In this document: piece by piece, positions 38,250 through 50,493 of the stretch
How positions within the stretch are numbered: position 1 is the first letter of the stretch
Layout of the letters: the number at the start of each line of letters is the position of its first letter
Assembly (NCBI GenBank): GCA_051362555.1
Contig: CM120644.1
Span: 18,002,534 to 18,066,533, forward strand
DNA length: 64,000 nucleotides
Origin: Lingula anatina
Taxonomy: Eukaryota; Animalia; Brachiopoda
Reading direction: 5' to 3'
The notes under the pieces: model-generated
Told to the model about the DNA's origin: nothing
Seen by the model: the letters and a program-made list of their open reading frames with translations, nothing else
The model's database searches: none
Program-made: the position numbers and the translations under genes

Positions 38250-40409
38250 ACCCTTACGATTCAACGTAACTCTACTCTCCCTCCTCAATCCACTGCTATT
38301 CTTATCCACTCCCTTGTCAGCTGACTAAGTGAGCATGCTTTAAAGAATGTATTTTTTAATATGTAGCTAAAACAATTCACTTGTTCACCATAGACCCTGA
38401 ACCACTATCAAGGGAACTTTAAAACATCTTTGTTATCATTTTGATGAGAGTCAAATTCGTATTGACGTCTTTTTAATCCTTCCTGGAAGTAAAGAACTCA
38501 AGATCATGGTGGTTTATTCGGTGCAATGGTTTATTTAAGATTTTCATCAAATTTCTTTTTTTTTTTCAGGTACATGCCGAAAGTCCAAAGATTATTAAAG
38601 CCGCACTTTTCCCTAAAAGAAGGGACACTCTACGTAGCTATTTTCTGAATGGTAAGCCCATCCAACACTAAAATTGATTAACACGCGCCCTTATGAAGTA
38701 AAAGGGACTTAGGCAAGCACAGGATTCAAATGATTGCGCATGTGCGAAAGTACGTTGTTTGAAATAAACAAGTTGGTGAAATTGACAAAGTCTGCCACTG
38801 TTTACCGTCTGGTTGATTTAATTTAATTAGCTTTCTGGTGTCGTTTTGAGAAATTATATTGGAAATATTCTGTTGGTTGTATTAAAAAGTAAAGCCATTG
38901 GACTTTCATTAGAATAAAATTTATTTTGCCTTTACTGTAAGGGGGTTCCTTTTGTATTTAAAGTGTTATATGTGGCCCCAAGGGAATTTTCCACCCCTCC
39001 CCCACTCTTCATAAGAACATACGTGCTTGATCGCTAATATGAATGTTATTACTAATTGCATTCGAAAATGTAGGAAAGTTAAGTTTAGGCATTTCATATC
39101 AGAAAAGCCACCAGGTCGGCGAAATTTACCGACGTAACGCATTAAACTTTCACTGCCGCGAAATGATCAACAAATTTAATTTTTATGAAAGCGAGGCAAT
39201 TGCACTAATCTACAGGAGACGATTCATAGCCTCGTAAAAATTGAATTTTTTAATAAAAATCTAAAAAGCGCTAAACCAAAATACGTCTTGGTTGTAATTG
39301 GGATCTTCAATAATAATAAATATAATCGCACGCCATCTAAAAAAATCCTAGGTCGGCCTATTTATAAGACAAATTGATATTTTATAGAATTTGGAGACTA
39401 AAAACACCAAAGTTGTCTGGTTTCATATCGAGGCACTACGTATTGTTCCTGTGCCACTTAGGCACCGCCTCAGATCTTCACAGGGTGATGGGAGAAACGG
39501 AAGGAAGCCGACCGGGAGCTCGGATAATCTCCGTACCTGAATGCTTCCGTCTAGAGTTGAGAGTAAAGCCCACGAATTTTTTTCACTACTGGAGTAGGTA
39601 TCACATTAATGACCTAGTAGATATAATTTGAATTTTTTTTCTTGAGCAGGTACCCTGTACTGGGTACAGCTGCAAATACCTTGTCATCTTTATGTATTAG
39701 GGTATTGGCCCTATATCGGCAGTTAAACTCAGTCCTTATTATCAGGAGGTTGAGACTTGTTCAAATAATTTCATACATTTGAATCAACTTCTGTGTTAGA
39801 TAGGCTTAACACAGAATGAGAATTAGTGAGTGATCAAAAGCTTAAGTCAACGCAACAATAGTAACTTGAATCATTTATTCATTTATTTTTTCATACCTTT
39901 CTTAACTCACTGTGTAGGAAGGAAATCAGAAATAAAGAATAAAATTGATTCATGCAGCGATTTATTACAGACATGAGCCGAAATCCAAATTTAGAATTTT
40001 CTTATTCTTCAGTTTCAGATGATGTAGGCGGCCTCTTGTCGTCTGTTCGTGCTGGATAGGGGTGGGCTGCTGAAAATAGAATGAAAATTATTACAATCTG
40101 ATAACTGTTCGAGTCTGATGGATAAACGGCTGGGGGAAATTTGGTATTTTTTGACAGTTTTGCCGCGGCGTTTAAGTACTTTAGAGGTCATTTGAGTTGG
40201 AAATCATGTGTAACTCGTTGATGGATTCAAAGGAACAGGATTCAGGGCAAACAAGGGCGTTTGACCTTTATGTATCAGACTTTTGTTTAAGAAATTTCAG
40301 CTGTCCCTTTAAACAAAGGTTAACCGAAACCGTTCATAGAATTACGACCCATAAGGCAGTTATCTAGTTGAGAGAAAATTACTAAATTTCCTGAATCACC
40401 CATCTTCTT

Positions 40410-40534
40410 CAGGCCCGCCAACAGTTTAAAAAGAGGGGTTTTTTTTCTGAAAAGCGGACCTTTATCATGAAATCGTCGTGCATCTTATCAAATTTTTTAC
40501 CAGAATGGACCTCCCCCACCTGACTACGAGCCTG
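40410..40534. mobile_element. MITE, CAGGCCCG family, 5-bp TSD TTCTT
   Basis: TTCTT|CAGGCCCG...CTACGAGCCTG|TTCTT. Confidence 0.72.
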
Positions 40535-40684
40535 TTCTTTTTGCGTCGCGTTATGTGCCTTTAAAAAGAAAGAGGCGAGGGTAAGAGATCAGAGAAAGGA
40601 GAATTGATTCCTTACATTTTTAGATAAACATTTATCAGCTCTATCGAGTGATAATGCATTAGATCAATTACCCACCTTTAATTC

Positions 40685-42151
40685 CTACTTCTCAATTGGA
40701 GGCAGGCGCCGGCCTAATGGAGGCCTCCAGTTACAGCCAACAACTGCGAAATTTGGAGTGCCGGGGGGGTGGTCGGACCCGCACACACAGCCGAATCTTG
40801 CCGATCCATCATCCCAGTTAATTTGCACACGTTCGTGATCTTTATCCACGTGTGAACACACCTGTAACGATGGAATGCATGGATATGCCAATTATGTCTG
40901 TAGCTTTCAAATACCTTATGTGTTTGTTGGAGGAAAATCATAGGTGAAAATCTGCGCCATATATACGAATATGATAATGTTTCAGAACGTTTCTGATTAA
41001 TTTGATCGTTTGATGAAACTTGTCATGGAATACTTAATTGCGGAATATTTAATTAAAGAAACATTGCTCGCCCGCACTGCACCAATGTATGTTTGAAAAT
41101 GGAAAAGAACAGTTCAAAAATAAAATTAAAAAATAATAATCAGTATAAGATATGGCAATTTATGATTATCGATGCCATTTTTGTTGATCCAGCTCTCATA
41201 TTAGAACTGGACCGTTGTCAAATATTGTCCAAGGAAGAGCATATTGATAACTATGAAAAGTAAATCAGTACAACATGTTGAATAAACGCTGCGCCTGATA
41301 TTCAAATTAAGTTTTAACGTTGATTAACGAAGATTTAATCCTGAATCAACATTTAAAAGTCAGCATTCAAAATCTATTGTGAATTCAATGTTGACTTATC
41401 ACTAATTAGGTTGACAAATCGACATTTACTGAGCGATAGGTAGGAATATTCTCTATGTAATGGTCTTAGTCCGCTACTTTTTAACATGTTATAGATATTT
41501 TCAAATTGACTGCCTTTATGTGGAAGGTGAAATCCATGAGTCCAAAAGATTAACACGGAAAGACTCTATGGCTTCTTTATTTGTCATTTTATAAACCTCT
41601 TTAATTATTAAAACGTATCTTATTTATTTCTAATCTATTATATTTCTTATATCTATCTATCTATCTGTCTACATTTTATTTATTGCTAGTTTTTAGGATC
41701 TAAAGGCACAGCTAAAAATGTAACAAATAATCACAACAGCATGTAACTGCAATAGGCCTTTGCGGAGCTAGATTACTACATTTTGACTGGTTTCGTCTCC
41801 AGAAAACAAAATAATGTTATCTAGCTGCAAAGGGCCTTATAGCGTCATATCGGGCTGTGGACTCTACAACAGTCAACCTACCTCTTGCATATTGTGACAC
41901 TTTCCAAGAGCGTCGAGTTCACCGCCCATGGGGTTCCAGTTGCATCCTACCGGATTGCCCGGAGAGGGTCCGGCTGCGGATCCACAGATGCAGGATCTGA
42001 CCGATGTTGGATAGGTCATCTTCACCGTGGTTCCACGGCCCAGATAGCGGCACACGGCCTGCATGCTGGCGCATGGGAATACAAGGCCTTGTCCGCTTGC
42101 GAGAGAGGCAACCCCCAGTAGGAGTACCAGCACGGCTAGAGCTGTTTGCAT
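40685..42151 (-). CDS. Secreted cysteine-rich protein, copy 1 (148 aa; exons 42151-41882, 40861-40685); signal peptide plus two tandem 5-Cys modules
   Basis: ACCATG start; signal peptide MQTALAVLVLLLGVASLASG; phase-0 intron GAG|GTAGGT...TTACAG|GTG. Both exons and all 10 Cys are conserved in the paralog at 45834-47020, which differs by many synonymous changes. Confidence 0.87.
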
Positions 42152-42199
42152 GGTGATGACGGTCACTTGGTCCTTGGTCCTATCTCTCTGTCGAAACCT

Positions 42200-42245
42200 C
42201 CCTCGACAGTGAAGTGCCTTCCCACGGCGGCCGTATTTATCTGGT
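42200..42245 (-). promoter_or_regulatory. TATA-like (ATAAATA) and Inr-like (TCACT) core promoter of Cys-rich gene copy 1
   Basis: ATAAATA at 42240-42234, about 27 nt upstream of TTCACTGT; equivalent TTAAATA/TTCACTGT in copy 2 at ~47106-47071. Confidence 0.55.
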
Positions 42246-43870
42246 TGGCAAAATTAGCCGTGTCAAGGATGACCATGATTGGTAGATTTTTAACCACCGT
42301 TTTAACTAACCACTTACGTTGTGAAATTGACCATTTTGGCCTGCCACTGGATTTTGATTTATGATATGTAATCATTATTTTTGAAAACTACTTAAATAAG
42401 CAAAATGTCAATTGGACCATGTAGCCTTTTTTGAAGGCGTTGCCTGTGGCCTCGGTTTCCGGATGGCAAGTTTATTATAGCAGGTATGTGAAATAAGATG
42501 ACTTCTAAAAAATCGATATGTTGATCTAGATATTTTAATTTAGGGGAAAGTAGAGCAATAACCCACCCCACCTACCCCAGAGATTTTTGAAAAATAAAGT
42601 TTTCGAAATCTATATAAATTGGTAACATTTTTTATTTCACCAGGTCCTTCAAAACACTCATTTAAGTGATCTACCACATTAGCGGTACAAATGACCTTGT
42701 TTGCGTATTGGACACCTTAATTTAGCAGTGACATCTCTGCCTCGAGCACTTGTTTTCAGATTATGATTTTGAATGTGACTTTGAATGGTAATGACAGTCA
42801 TTTGGACACAAATGACACAGTGCCCAACGTACTCAATGACGACATTACCTTCAATGTATCATTACCAAAAGCCCTTGAAACATTTGCAAAGACTGAGCCC
42901 AGGACCCGTGACATAACTCTTTTTAGGTACACTATATTTTGTTGACTCTGCGTTCACAATAAAAATGATAGATTCCTTGTGGCATAATGTCTCTTTGTCT
43001 CCTTTAATTGCTCATTGGATCCTTTAGAAAACACATTTCAGTTGTAAATATTAGTCCAAAACGGGCGACTGACTTTTCGAATATTAGGCAATTGTGACAT
43101 ATGTGACATAGTGTCTCATTGTCTCCTTTAATTACCTATTGAATACTTCAGAAAACATATTTCATTTATAAAAGTTAGTTCAAAACGGGCGACTGACTTT
43201 TCGAATATTAGCCAATTTCGTAATACGATAACAGAGCAATATATCAGAATGAAAATATAGTTAAAACTGCGACAGGTTCATGTCGTTAATCGTCAGTGAA
43301 TTGTCGGTCAATGAGTTTTTCGTTATAGCTTTATAGATTATTCCAATCTTAAAATTTTGATAACATTATATTTATCTGATACATCAAATGTTAAGCTGAA
43401 ATTTTGGATTATGATAGTCAATTTATAATTAGCAATTTCTTAATAAACTATTCACAGACGATACGGCGAAATTTATTTGATAACTAATTTTGAAATATGA
43501 ATGATAAGAATGGCAATAGTGAAATCTACTGTCAAAGTTGATCATTTAAATCTATTTCTAATAACAACTAACTTAAAGCTTGAAATTCCGAATCCCTAGA
43601 TATATCCGCTGAAGATATAATGACTTTTCCTAACGCTTAAACATACCAACTTTTGACAAAAAAAAAAAAAAAAAAAAAAGGGGACATGAAATTAAGAAGA
43701 GTTAAAAGTTCTTCATTTTCATTTGATTTTGCTCAGAGTACCCTCGTTGTACCCTCCAGTCAGCGTGCACGAGCAAACCAAACCGGTAAAGACCGCAGTG
43801 GAGGGTGCTGAAGTTATTAACGTCTGGTCATAACTTCACCACGCCCGGACTTTGACCTTGCGTTAATTAA

Positions 43871-43917
<47 letters not shown>

Positions 43918-44704
43918 CCCGATAATGGGTCCCCATATACCTATTCATATAATATACAATTATTGCTACGTTTTTTACTGAATATTCGTTCATCATCGAA
44001 TGGCCAATGAGTAGTGGTTTGTACGCAGGGGTGATGGGACAAGCTGCTCATTTGCTTTGAACCCGACACCGTCTTTTTTTTACTCATAAATGCGCAAGGA
44101 AAATGGCGTTCAATACGCATGCACATATCGGGGGACTCTCGCTGAATGCAATTAGATTAAGACGTCTCCTCCAGGCGTTGGGTAGAATACAGAAAAGCTA
44201 GTGATTATACTAAAAGGTTGGAAACAAGAAGAGGCGCGTTAATCTGTTGAATTTATTGCATTCACTTAGAGTCTTCGCGGAGTTGGATCGATGTACGTAG
44301 AATGACATTTTTATTAGGAATGAGCCCCAAAGATTTCAAGTGGCTGCGTAGACACGGATAAACTTAGAGTTGCATATTTTGCGTTCTTACACGACACGCC
44401 TGCATGACTGTTTTAACTTCAAGTGAGTGCAGAAGTTGAAATAAAATTGAAATAAGACGTTGAATAATCAGTTGCAACACTCATCGGCTTACACCTCGTT
44501 GATTCGTGACGTGGATTTTGTCTTAGTACTGTAATGCTACATTTATTAAACAGATAAAATCAATTATTATTAAATTTTTCAATTAAATATAGAACAATTC
44601 ACGAGTGTCTCAATTTTTCATTTTCATTTTTTTTACCTTGTCTATACATTATGTAAAAATCCTAAATGGTATCGTATGTTCCGGTAACGAATGTTCCGGG
44701 CCAT

Positions 44705-45033
44705 ATATGGTGACATATGGTGACATGTCATTTTGTGTAGCTGCACCAGTAGAGTGGAATAAGTTGCCAATTTTTATTAGACAAATAGAACCACAAGAAT
44801 CTTTTAAAAAGGAATTGAAAACTCATATTTTTAAAACATTTTATTCATGAATTTTAAATTTTACAGTTTTAAAGAAACCTTGGATTTTTTACTTTTAATT
44901 ACTGTTTATTACAATTAAGTCTAGCTCTTATTTATATCATATATATCTTAACCATTTTTATCTATAAACTTCTTTTTATTTTATGTTGAACAGTCTATTG
45001 AACATTTTATGGATTTTAGACTTGAAATAAATA

Positions 45034-45078
<45 letters not shown>
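44705..45078 (+). mobile_element. 5'-truncated CR1/L2-clade LINE 3' end with (ATT)n tail
   Basis: YGDMSFCVAAPVEWNKLPIFIRQ...SFKKELKTHIFK* matches the CR1/L2 ORF2 C-terminal motif (SF..AAP..WN.LP..IR...FK..LKT.LF); followed by a 3' UTR, AATAAA and an ATT-repeat tail. Confidence 0.85.
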
Positions 45079-45079
<1 letters not shown>

Positions 45080-45833
45080 TTTATTATATAAATTAACCGG
45101 CACCACCAGAGCTGACGAATGTTAGTACAAGGTATCGCTTTGCTGGTACTAAATAATAGTACGGTTTGTTGGTTAATTCGTGGGTTTTATGGCTAATACG
45201 TGCGTTACATTAGTGCTAAAACTGTCATTGTTAGTAAGCGCTTAATCCGTTTATAAGGCCTGAATAGGAAACAGAGTTTTCTGTTGCTGACTGAAAATGA
45301 TATTTTGATTTATAGATTAACATTTCTGATATAAAATTTGGACCACGAATGGAAAGTAGTTAATTTGATGTTTATTTTACTCTCAGCAGGGCGTATTTTC
45401 ACCTTTTTACAATATTCAGTGACAAGCAAACTAAAGTCGCTAAAAAATCTGCTCTATACAGAAGATTATCATAATTTTTGACAACGTCATACTTAAAGGA
45501 GATAAATCATAGATCAAAACCAGTGATGATTGAATTTTTAAGGTGAGAAAAACAATTACCCAGCTGGATCGTTTGTGACCGTAAGGTATGTTCTTTGTGG
45601 GGGTTAGACTACGTTTTTCTTTCATTATTCATGGTTCCAGGAGAATGAAACTTTGATACAAACACTTTTAAATCAAGTGTTTTGTGGTACTTTTATTTTC
45701 TAAATAGAAGAATACATTCATTCAAGACTTTTTTTCTTAATTCATGCTTTTGATAAGATAGAAGTAAGCGTATTTTAAAGTCCTGTAGAATTTCATTCAC
45801 TTGCACAGAAGTACGGATTTACTACTTCTTGGT

Positions 45834-46260
45834 TTAAGGCAGGAGCAGACCCGTAGGGGCGACCCAGTTACAGCCAACGACGGAGTAATTTGGAGTTCCG
45901 GGGGCGTGGTCGGACCCGCACACACAGCCGAATCTCGCCGATCCATCATCCCAGTTAATCTGCACACCTTCGTTATCTTTATCCACGTGTGAACAGACCT
46001 GTAACGACGGAATGCATGGGTAAACCAATTAAGTCCGCAGCTTTAAAATATCTTGATATTTGTTTTTATAAAGAATACTTATAAAAAACTTTAAAATATA
46101 TTTACAAAAATCATAATGATTTGATTGATTTGATTATATGATGAAACTTGTTATGAAATTATTAATGGCGGATATTAAGATAAATGCTTGTCAGCAGTAC
46201 GCAAATGAATGGTTCAAATGGAAAGCAACGTTAAAAAAATTAAAAAATGTAATAACCGAT

Positions 46261-46299
<39 letters not shown>

Positions 46300-47020
46300 T
46301 AAAGAATATGAATATGATAATCGATGTCATATTTTTGTTGATCCTTCCCTCATATTCGAACTTTACAGTGATCAAAAATTTTCCATGAAAAAGCATATAA
46401 TTTCCCAGCACACAATGTTGAATAAAATTTCTGCCTTTCATTCAGATTTCGTTTAGAAGTTGATAAACAAAGATTCAATACTGATTCAACGACTTATGGC
46501 CTCGCACTTAAAACAAGTGGTCACGAGCATCCACTGACCAACTTTCGCTCTGGTTTCTAGTTGCACCGGTACACATACGGGTGCTTTTTCTCAATTCCAT
46601 ACTAGATTCAATATGGCGGAATATACATGGACTTGTACAAGAAAGTGCATGTTTGAGCTTTCGGATCTGAGAACACAGAGTATGTAAATTCAACCACGTC
46701 AAATTGGACTCTACATGTACAATACCAGGTGGTCAACCTACCTCTTGTATATTGTAACACATTCCGTTAGTGTCGAGTTGACCGCCGTGAACCCCGCCGC
46801 CTGGGCGCCAGTCGCATCCCACAGGATTATCTGCAGATGGTCCAGCAGAGGAGCCACAGACACAAGAGCTGACCCATGTGGGGTAGGTCATCTTCACCGT
46901 GGTCCCGTGACCCAGGTAGCGGCACACGGCCTGCATGCTGGCGCAGGGACCGATGGGGGTTCCGCTAGCAAGAGAGGCAACTCCCAGAAGGAACACGAGT
47001 ACGGTTAGAGCTATTTGCAT
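45834..47020 (-). CDS. Secreted cysteine-rich protein, copy 2 (147 aa; exons 47020-46742, 45998-45834)
   Basis: MQIALTVLVFLLGVASLASG-TPIGPCASMQAVC...CVCGS...VGCDW...MCYNIQE|VCSHVDK...FGCVCGS...VGCNWVAPTGLLLP*. Same splice sites as copy 1; AATAAA at ~45692. Confidence 0.87.
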
Positions 47021-48901
47021 TGTGATGCCTTGCACTTGGTCCTAGTGTCTCTGTCTCCAAACTGCTCTCGACAGTGAAGTGCCTTTCCCATGGCAACCGT
47101 ATTTAACTGGTTTTCAAAATTAGCCGTGTCAAGGATGACCATGATTGGTAGATTTTTAACCACCGTTTTAACTAGCCACTTACGTTGTGAAATTGACCAT
47201 TTTGGACTGCCACTGGATTTTGATATATGATATATAATCATTATTTTTAAAAACTACTTAAATATGCAAAATGTAAATTGGACCATGTAGCCTATTTCGA
47301 AGGCGTTGCTTGTGTCCTCGGTTTCAGGATGGCAAGTTAATTACAAGTTCGACCCAGCATATTAGTGAAGATGGCTTCTAAAAATCGACATGTTGAGCTA
47401 GATATTTTAATTAAGGGGAAAGGAGAGCAATAGCCCACTCAACCTACATGTACCTCAGAGATTTTTGAAAAAAAAAAGTTTTCGAAATCTATATAAATTG
47501 GTAACATTTTTTTATTTCACCATGTCCTCAAAACACTCATTTAAGTGACCTACTACATTAGCGGTACAAATCACCTTGTATGCGTATTGGACACCTTAAT
47601 TCAGCAGTGGCATCTCTCCCTCAAGCATTTTTTTTTCAGATTACGATTTTGAATGTGGCTTTGAATGGTAATGACAGTCATTTGGACACAAATGACACAG
47701 TGCCAAACTTACTCAATGGTGACATTAGTTGCAATGTATCATTACCAAAAACCCTTGACACATTTGTAAAGACTGGGCCCAAGGAACGTGACGTAACTCT
47801 TTCAGGTACACTATATTTTGTTGAGTGTGCAGAGACGTTTACAATAAAAATGATAGATATCATGTGACATAATGTCTCTTTGTCTCCTTTAATTGCTCAT
47901 TGAGTACTAAAGAAAACATATTTTAATTATAAAAATTAGTCTAAAACGGGCGACTGACTTTTCGAATATTAGCCAATTTCGTAATGCGATAACTGAGCTA
48001 TAAATCAGGATGAAAATATAGTTAAAATTGCGACAGGTACATGGTTATATGTCGGTCAATGGGTTTTTCGTTATAGCTTTATAGATTATTCCAATCTTAG
48101 AATTTTGATTACATTATATTTATCAGCTACATCAAATGTTAAGCTGAAAATTTGGATTATGATAGTCAGATAACAATTTCTTAATAAACTGTTCACAGAC
48201 GATACGGCGAAATTTATTTGATGATTAACTTTGAAATATGAATGATAATAACAGCAATAATGGGATCTGCAATCATTCCATTTTGAACGTTCTAAATCTA
48301 CTTTTAATGAAAACTAACTTTTAAGCCTGAATTTCCGAATCTCTATATCCGCTTCTTTTTATATTCCTAACGTTGAAGCATACTAACTGTTGACAAAAAT
48401 TCACATGAAAACAAGCAGAGCTAAAAAAAAAAGTCGTCCATTTTCACTCGATTTTGCCGAAAGTAGTGCGAAATTGGCCTCTGCTTTACATAATGTGCAC
48501 GCGCCCAAACCGTTGTGACAGGAATGGTAGTCCGCTAGGGACCGTAGTCGGTTCCCCATTTCTTTGTACAGGTGACCTTCGTCCCTTTGTCCATGCGTAT
48601 TCAAGAAATGTGATGTGAAATATTATTGACTCAGTGACTCAGATAAGCTTATGATAGCATTTTATTTCTTTTTCACAATTTTTTCGTTTGCATTGAAAAC
48701 CCTCCAGTCGTTTTTCACTATAAAATATGACAAATGAAACATAATTCATTCGAAAAAAGCCCAGAATTTGACATTCATTGCCTCAAAAATAGTGTATAAG
48801 GCCCAGTTTGACACCCAGAATTTCAAAGTACATGTACCTGTACATCCCGAAGGGTTTTGCCGTAGTGATAAGATAAACTGACTGTCAGACTATGAAACTT
48901 G

Positions 48902-49029
48902 CAGTGGCAGATTCGGGGGGGGCGGGGGGGGGGGGGAGGGGAGGGGGGGGCGGGGGGGGGGGGGGGGAGAGTCGGTTTCGCATCCCCGGACCCCCCCCCC
49001 CCCTTCAAATAATCCTGGATCCGCACCTG
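48902..49029. mobile_element. MITE, CAGTGGC/CAGGGGCGG-related, 5-bp TSD ACTTG
   Basis: ACTTG|CAGTGGCAGATTC-polyG...GGATCCGCACCTG|ACTTG. Confidence 0.78.
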
Positions 49030-50341
49030 ACTTGGGACGTAAGAGCTAGTCGTAACTGATATTATATTTGCATATTACGTATGTGAAGTTCTGGCGAGTA
49101 AATGTTAATAAAGCCTGTCACAGTTTTAACTTATGTTTGTTTTCGTTTACGTTTTTTTTTCAACTTTATCCGACTTATTTCCTCTGGGTTTGTAAATGGG
49201 TTTGATGTCAATTGTGCAGGTAGGCCCTATTGGCACTAATCCTTTTTAGTTTTCAATAGATTTAAAAAAAGGTATAGATTAACATATGGGTGATTTGAAA
49301 TAATTAATCATTTGAGTCTCTTCATTATCATTTTGAGTAATATTTGATGTTGTATTTTAATTGAAATACATTTTTAAAACCATTGTTGATTTCATTCGGT
49401 ATTGGAGGGTACTATTTCATAAGGCAGAAAAAATAGGAGGGGGGAGTTAGAAGTATGCATATATTGCGCAAACTGTGTTCACATTTTTGTCGAGTGACCT
49501 ACATATTGACAAGTAAAGACGACAAGTTGTCAAGGATGCCAGAGAATTGACCAGCCGGTGACGTCAGAGTATAGGCTAAGAGACCCCAGTGCAGTCGGTG
49601 AAGAAGATAAAGATAAATGTCATTTTTTACTGGCGTGGAAGATTTGAATGTTGTGGACATTCTTTCGTTGTTTATTTGTGTCATTTAGCCTGGAATATTG
49701 TAAAGGACCGCGATGATAACTGTTGACAAAAAGAAGGGACAAACGACCACGTGGCCCCTGCGGAAAAAATGCTCATTTCAAGTGCATGGGAACGAATCTT
49801 CTACCCTTGAAACTGACACGGGAATTATGGATAATGATTACTGGTGGAATGTTAAAAACGTGGCATTAGACTGGTGGGTGACATTGAGATAGGACTGTGA
49901 AAGGAATGCGGACATATTCATGACATTTACGATATGTGTCATCTAAGAGACTAGAAACAGTATCTGATTTTGATGTTCACGTAAGTGAAATCGACATTAT
50001 TGTAGGCTTTGTTATTATATAAACAAATTCATTCAAGTTAGCAATTTTTTCGTGAAAGAATTCCCAAAATATGTTTGAGTTTTTTTTTATTCACCAATCT
50101 TAAAGTGACTATAGATTCATGACATAGAATAGAAAAATAATTTTTCACTGAGAAGTGAACTGTTGCAAGATCTTTTTTATTGTAATGTGAATAAACGCTT
50201 GAAAATCTCATCTTTCTTTACTAGTTTTCCTTAGCTGTTGTCGCATATGAACTGACGTTACCTCAGTTGTCGGCCTTACATGCTAGCGATACCCTAACCA
50301 GAGGTGCCGATATCATGTAAGACCGAAAACTGAGAAAAGTA

Positions 50342-50493
50342 CAGGGCTCCGTAACTCGAAAGCATCGCGTATTCCAAATAGCGATATCACATAAGTCTAC
50401 AGTGTATTATATGGGGCGAGCATGGGCGAGTTACGGAATCGAGACGCTTGCGCTCGGTCGCAATGAGCGATGCTGTCGAGTTACGGGGGTCTG
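50342..50493. mobile_element. MITE, GGGCTCCGTAACTCGA family
   Basis: Inverted termini; near-copy at 53258-53410; related to 57425-57576. Confidence 0.8.

Larger units (their letters stand above)
40685..48400. repeat. Tandem segmental duplication: ~40685-43660 versus ~45825-48400
   Basis: Collinear similarity across exon 2, part of the intron, exon 1 and ~1.4 kb upstream; both copies end at CATAC(C/T)AACT(T/G)TTGACAAAAA. Confidence 0.92.

Noticed and set aside
40862-40891. N-termini MAYPCIPSLQ / MVYPCIPSLQ suggesting stand-alone small Cys-rich genes
   Set aside because: These residues are intron 3' ends with TTG starts; the exons begin after TTACAG and continue the upstream signal-peptide exons.
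42163-47867. Paired similar ORFs upstream of the Cys-rich genes (42163-42375/47011-47241 and 42763-42945/47580-47867)
   Set aside because: The similarity reflects the duplicated upstream DNA, and indels shift the frames between copies.
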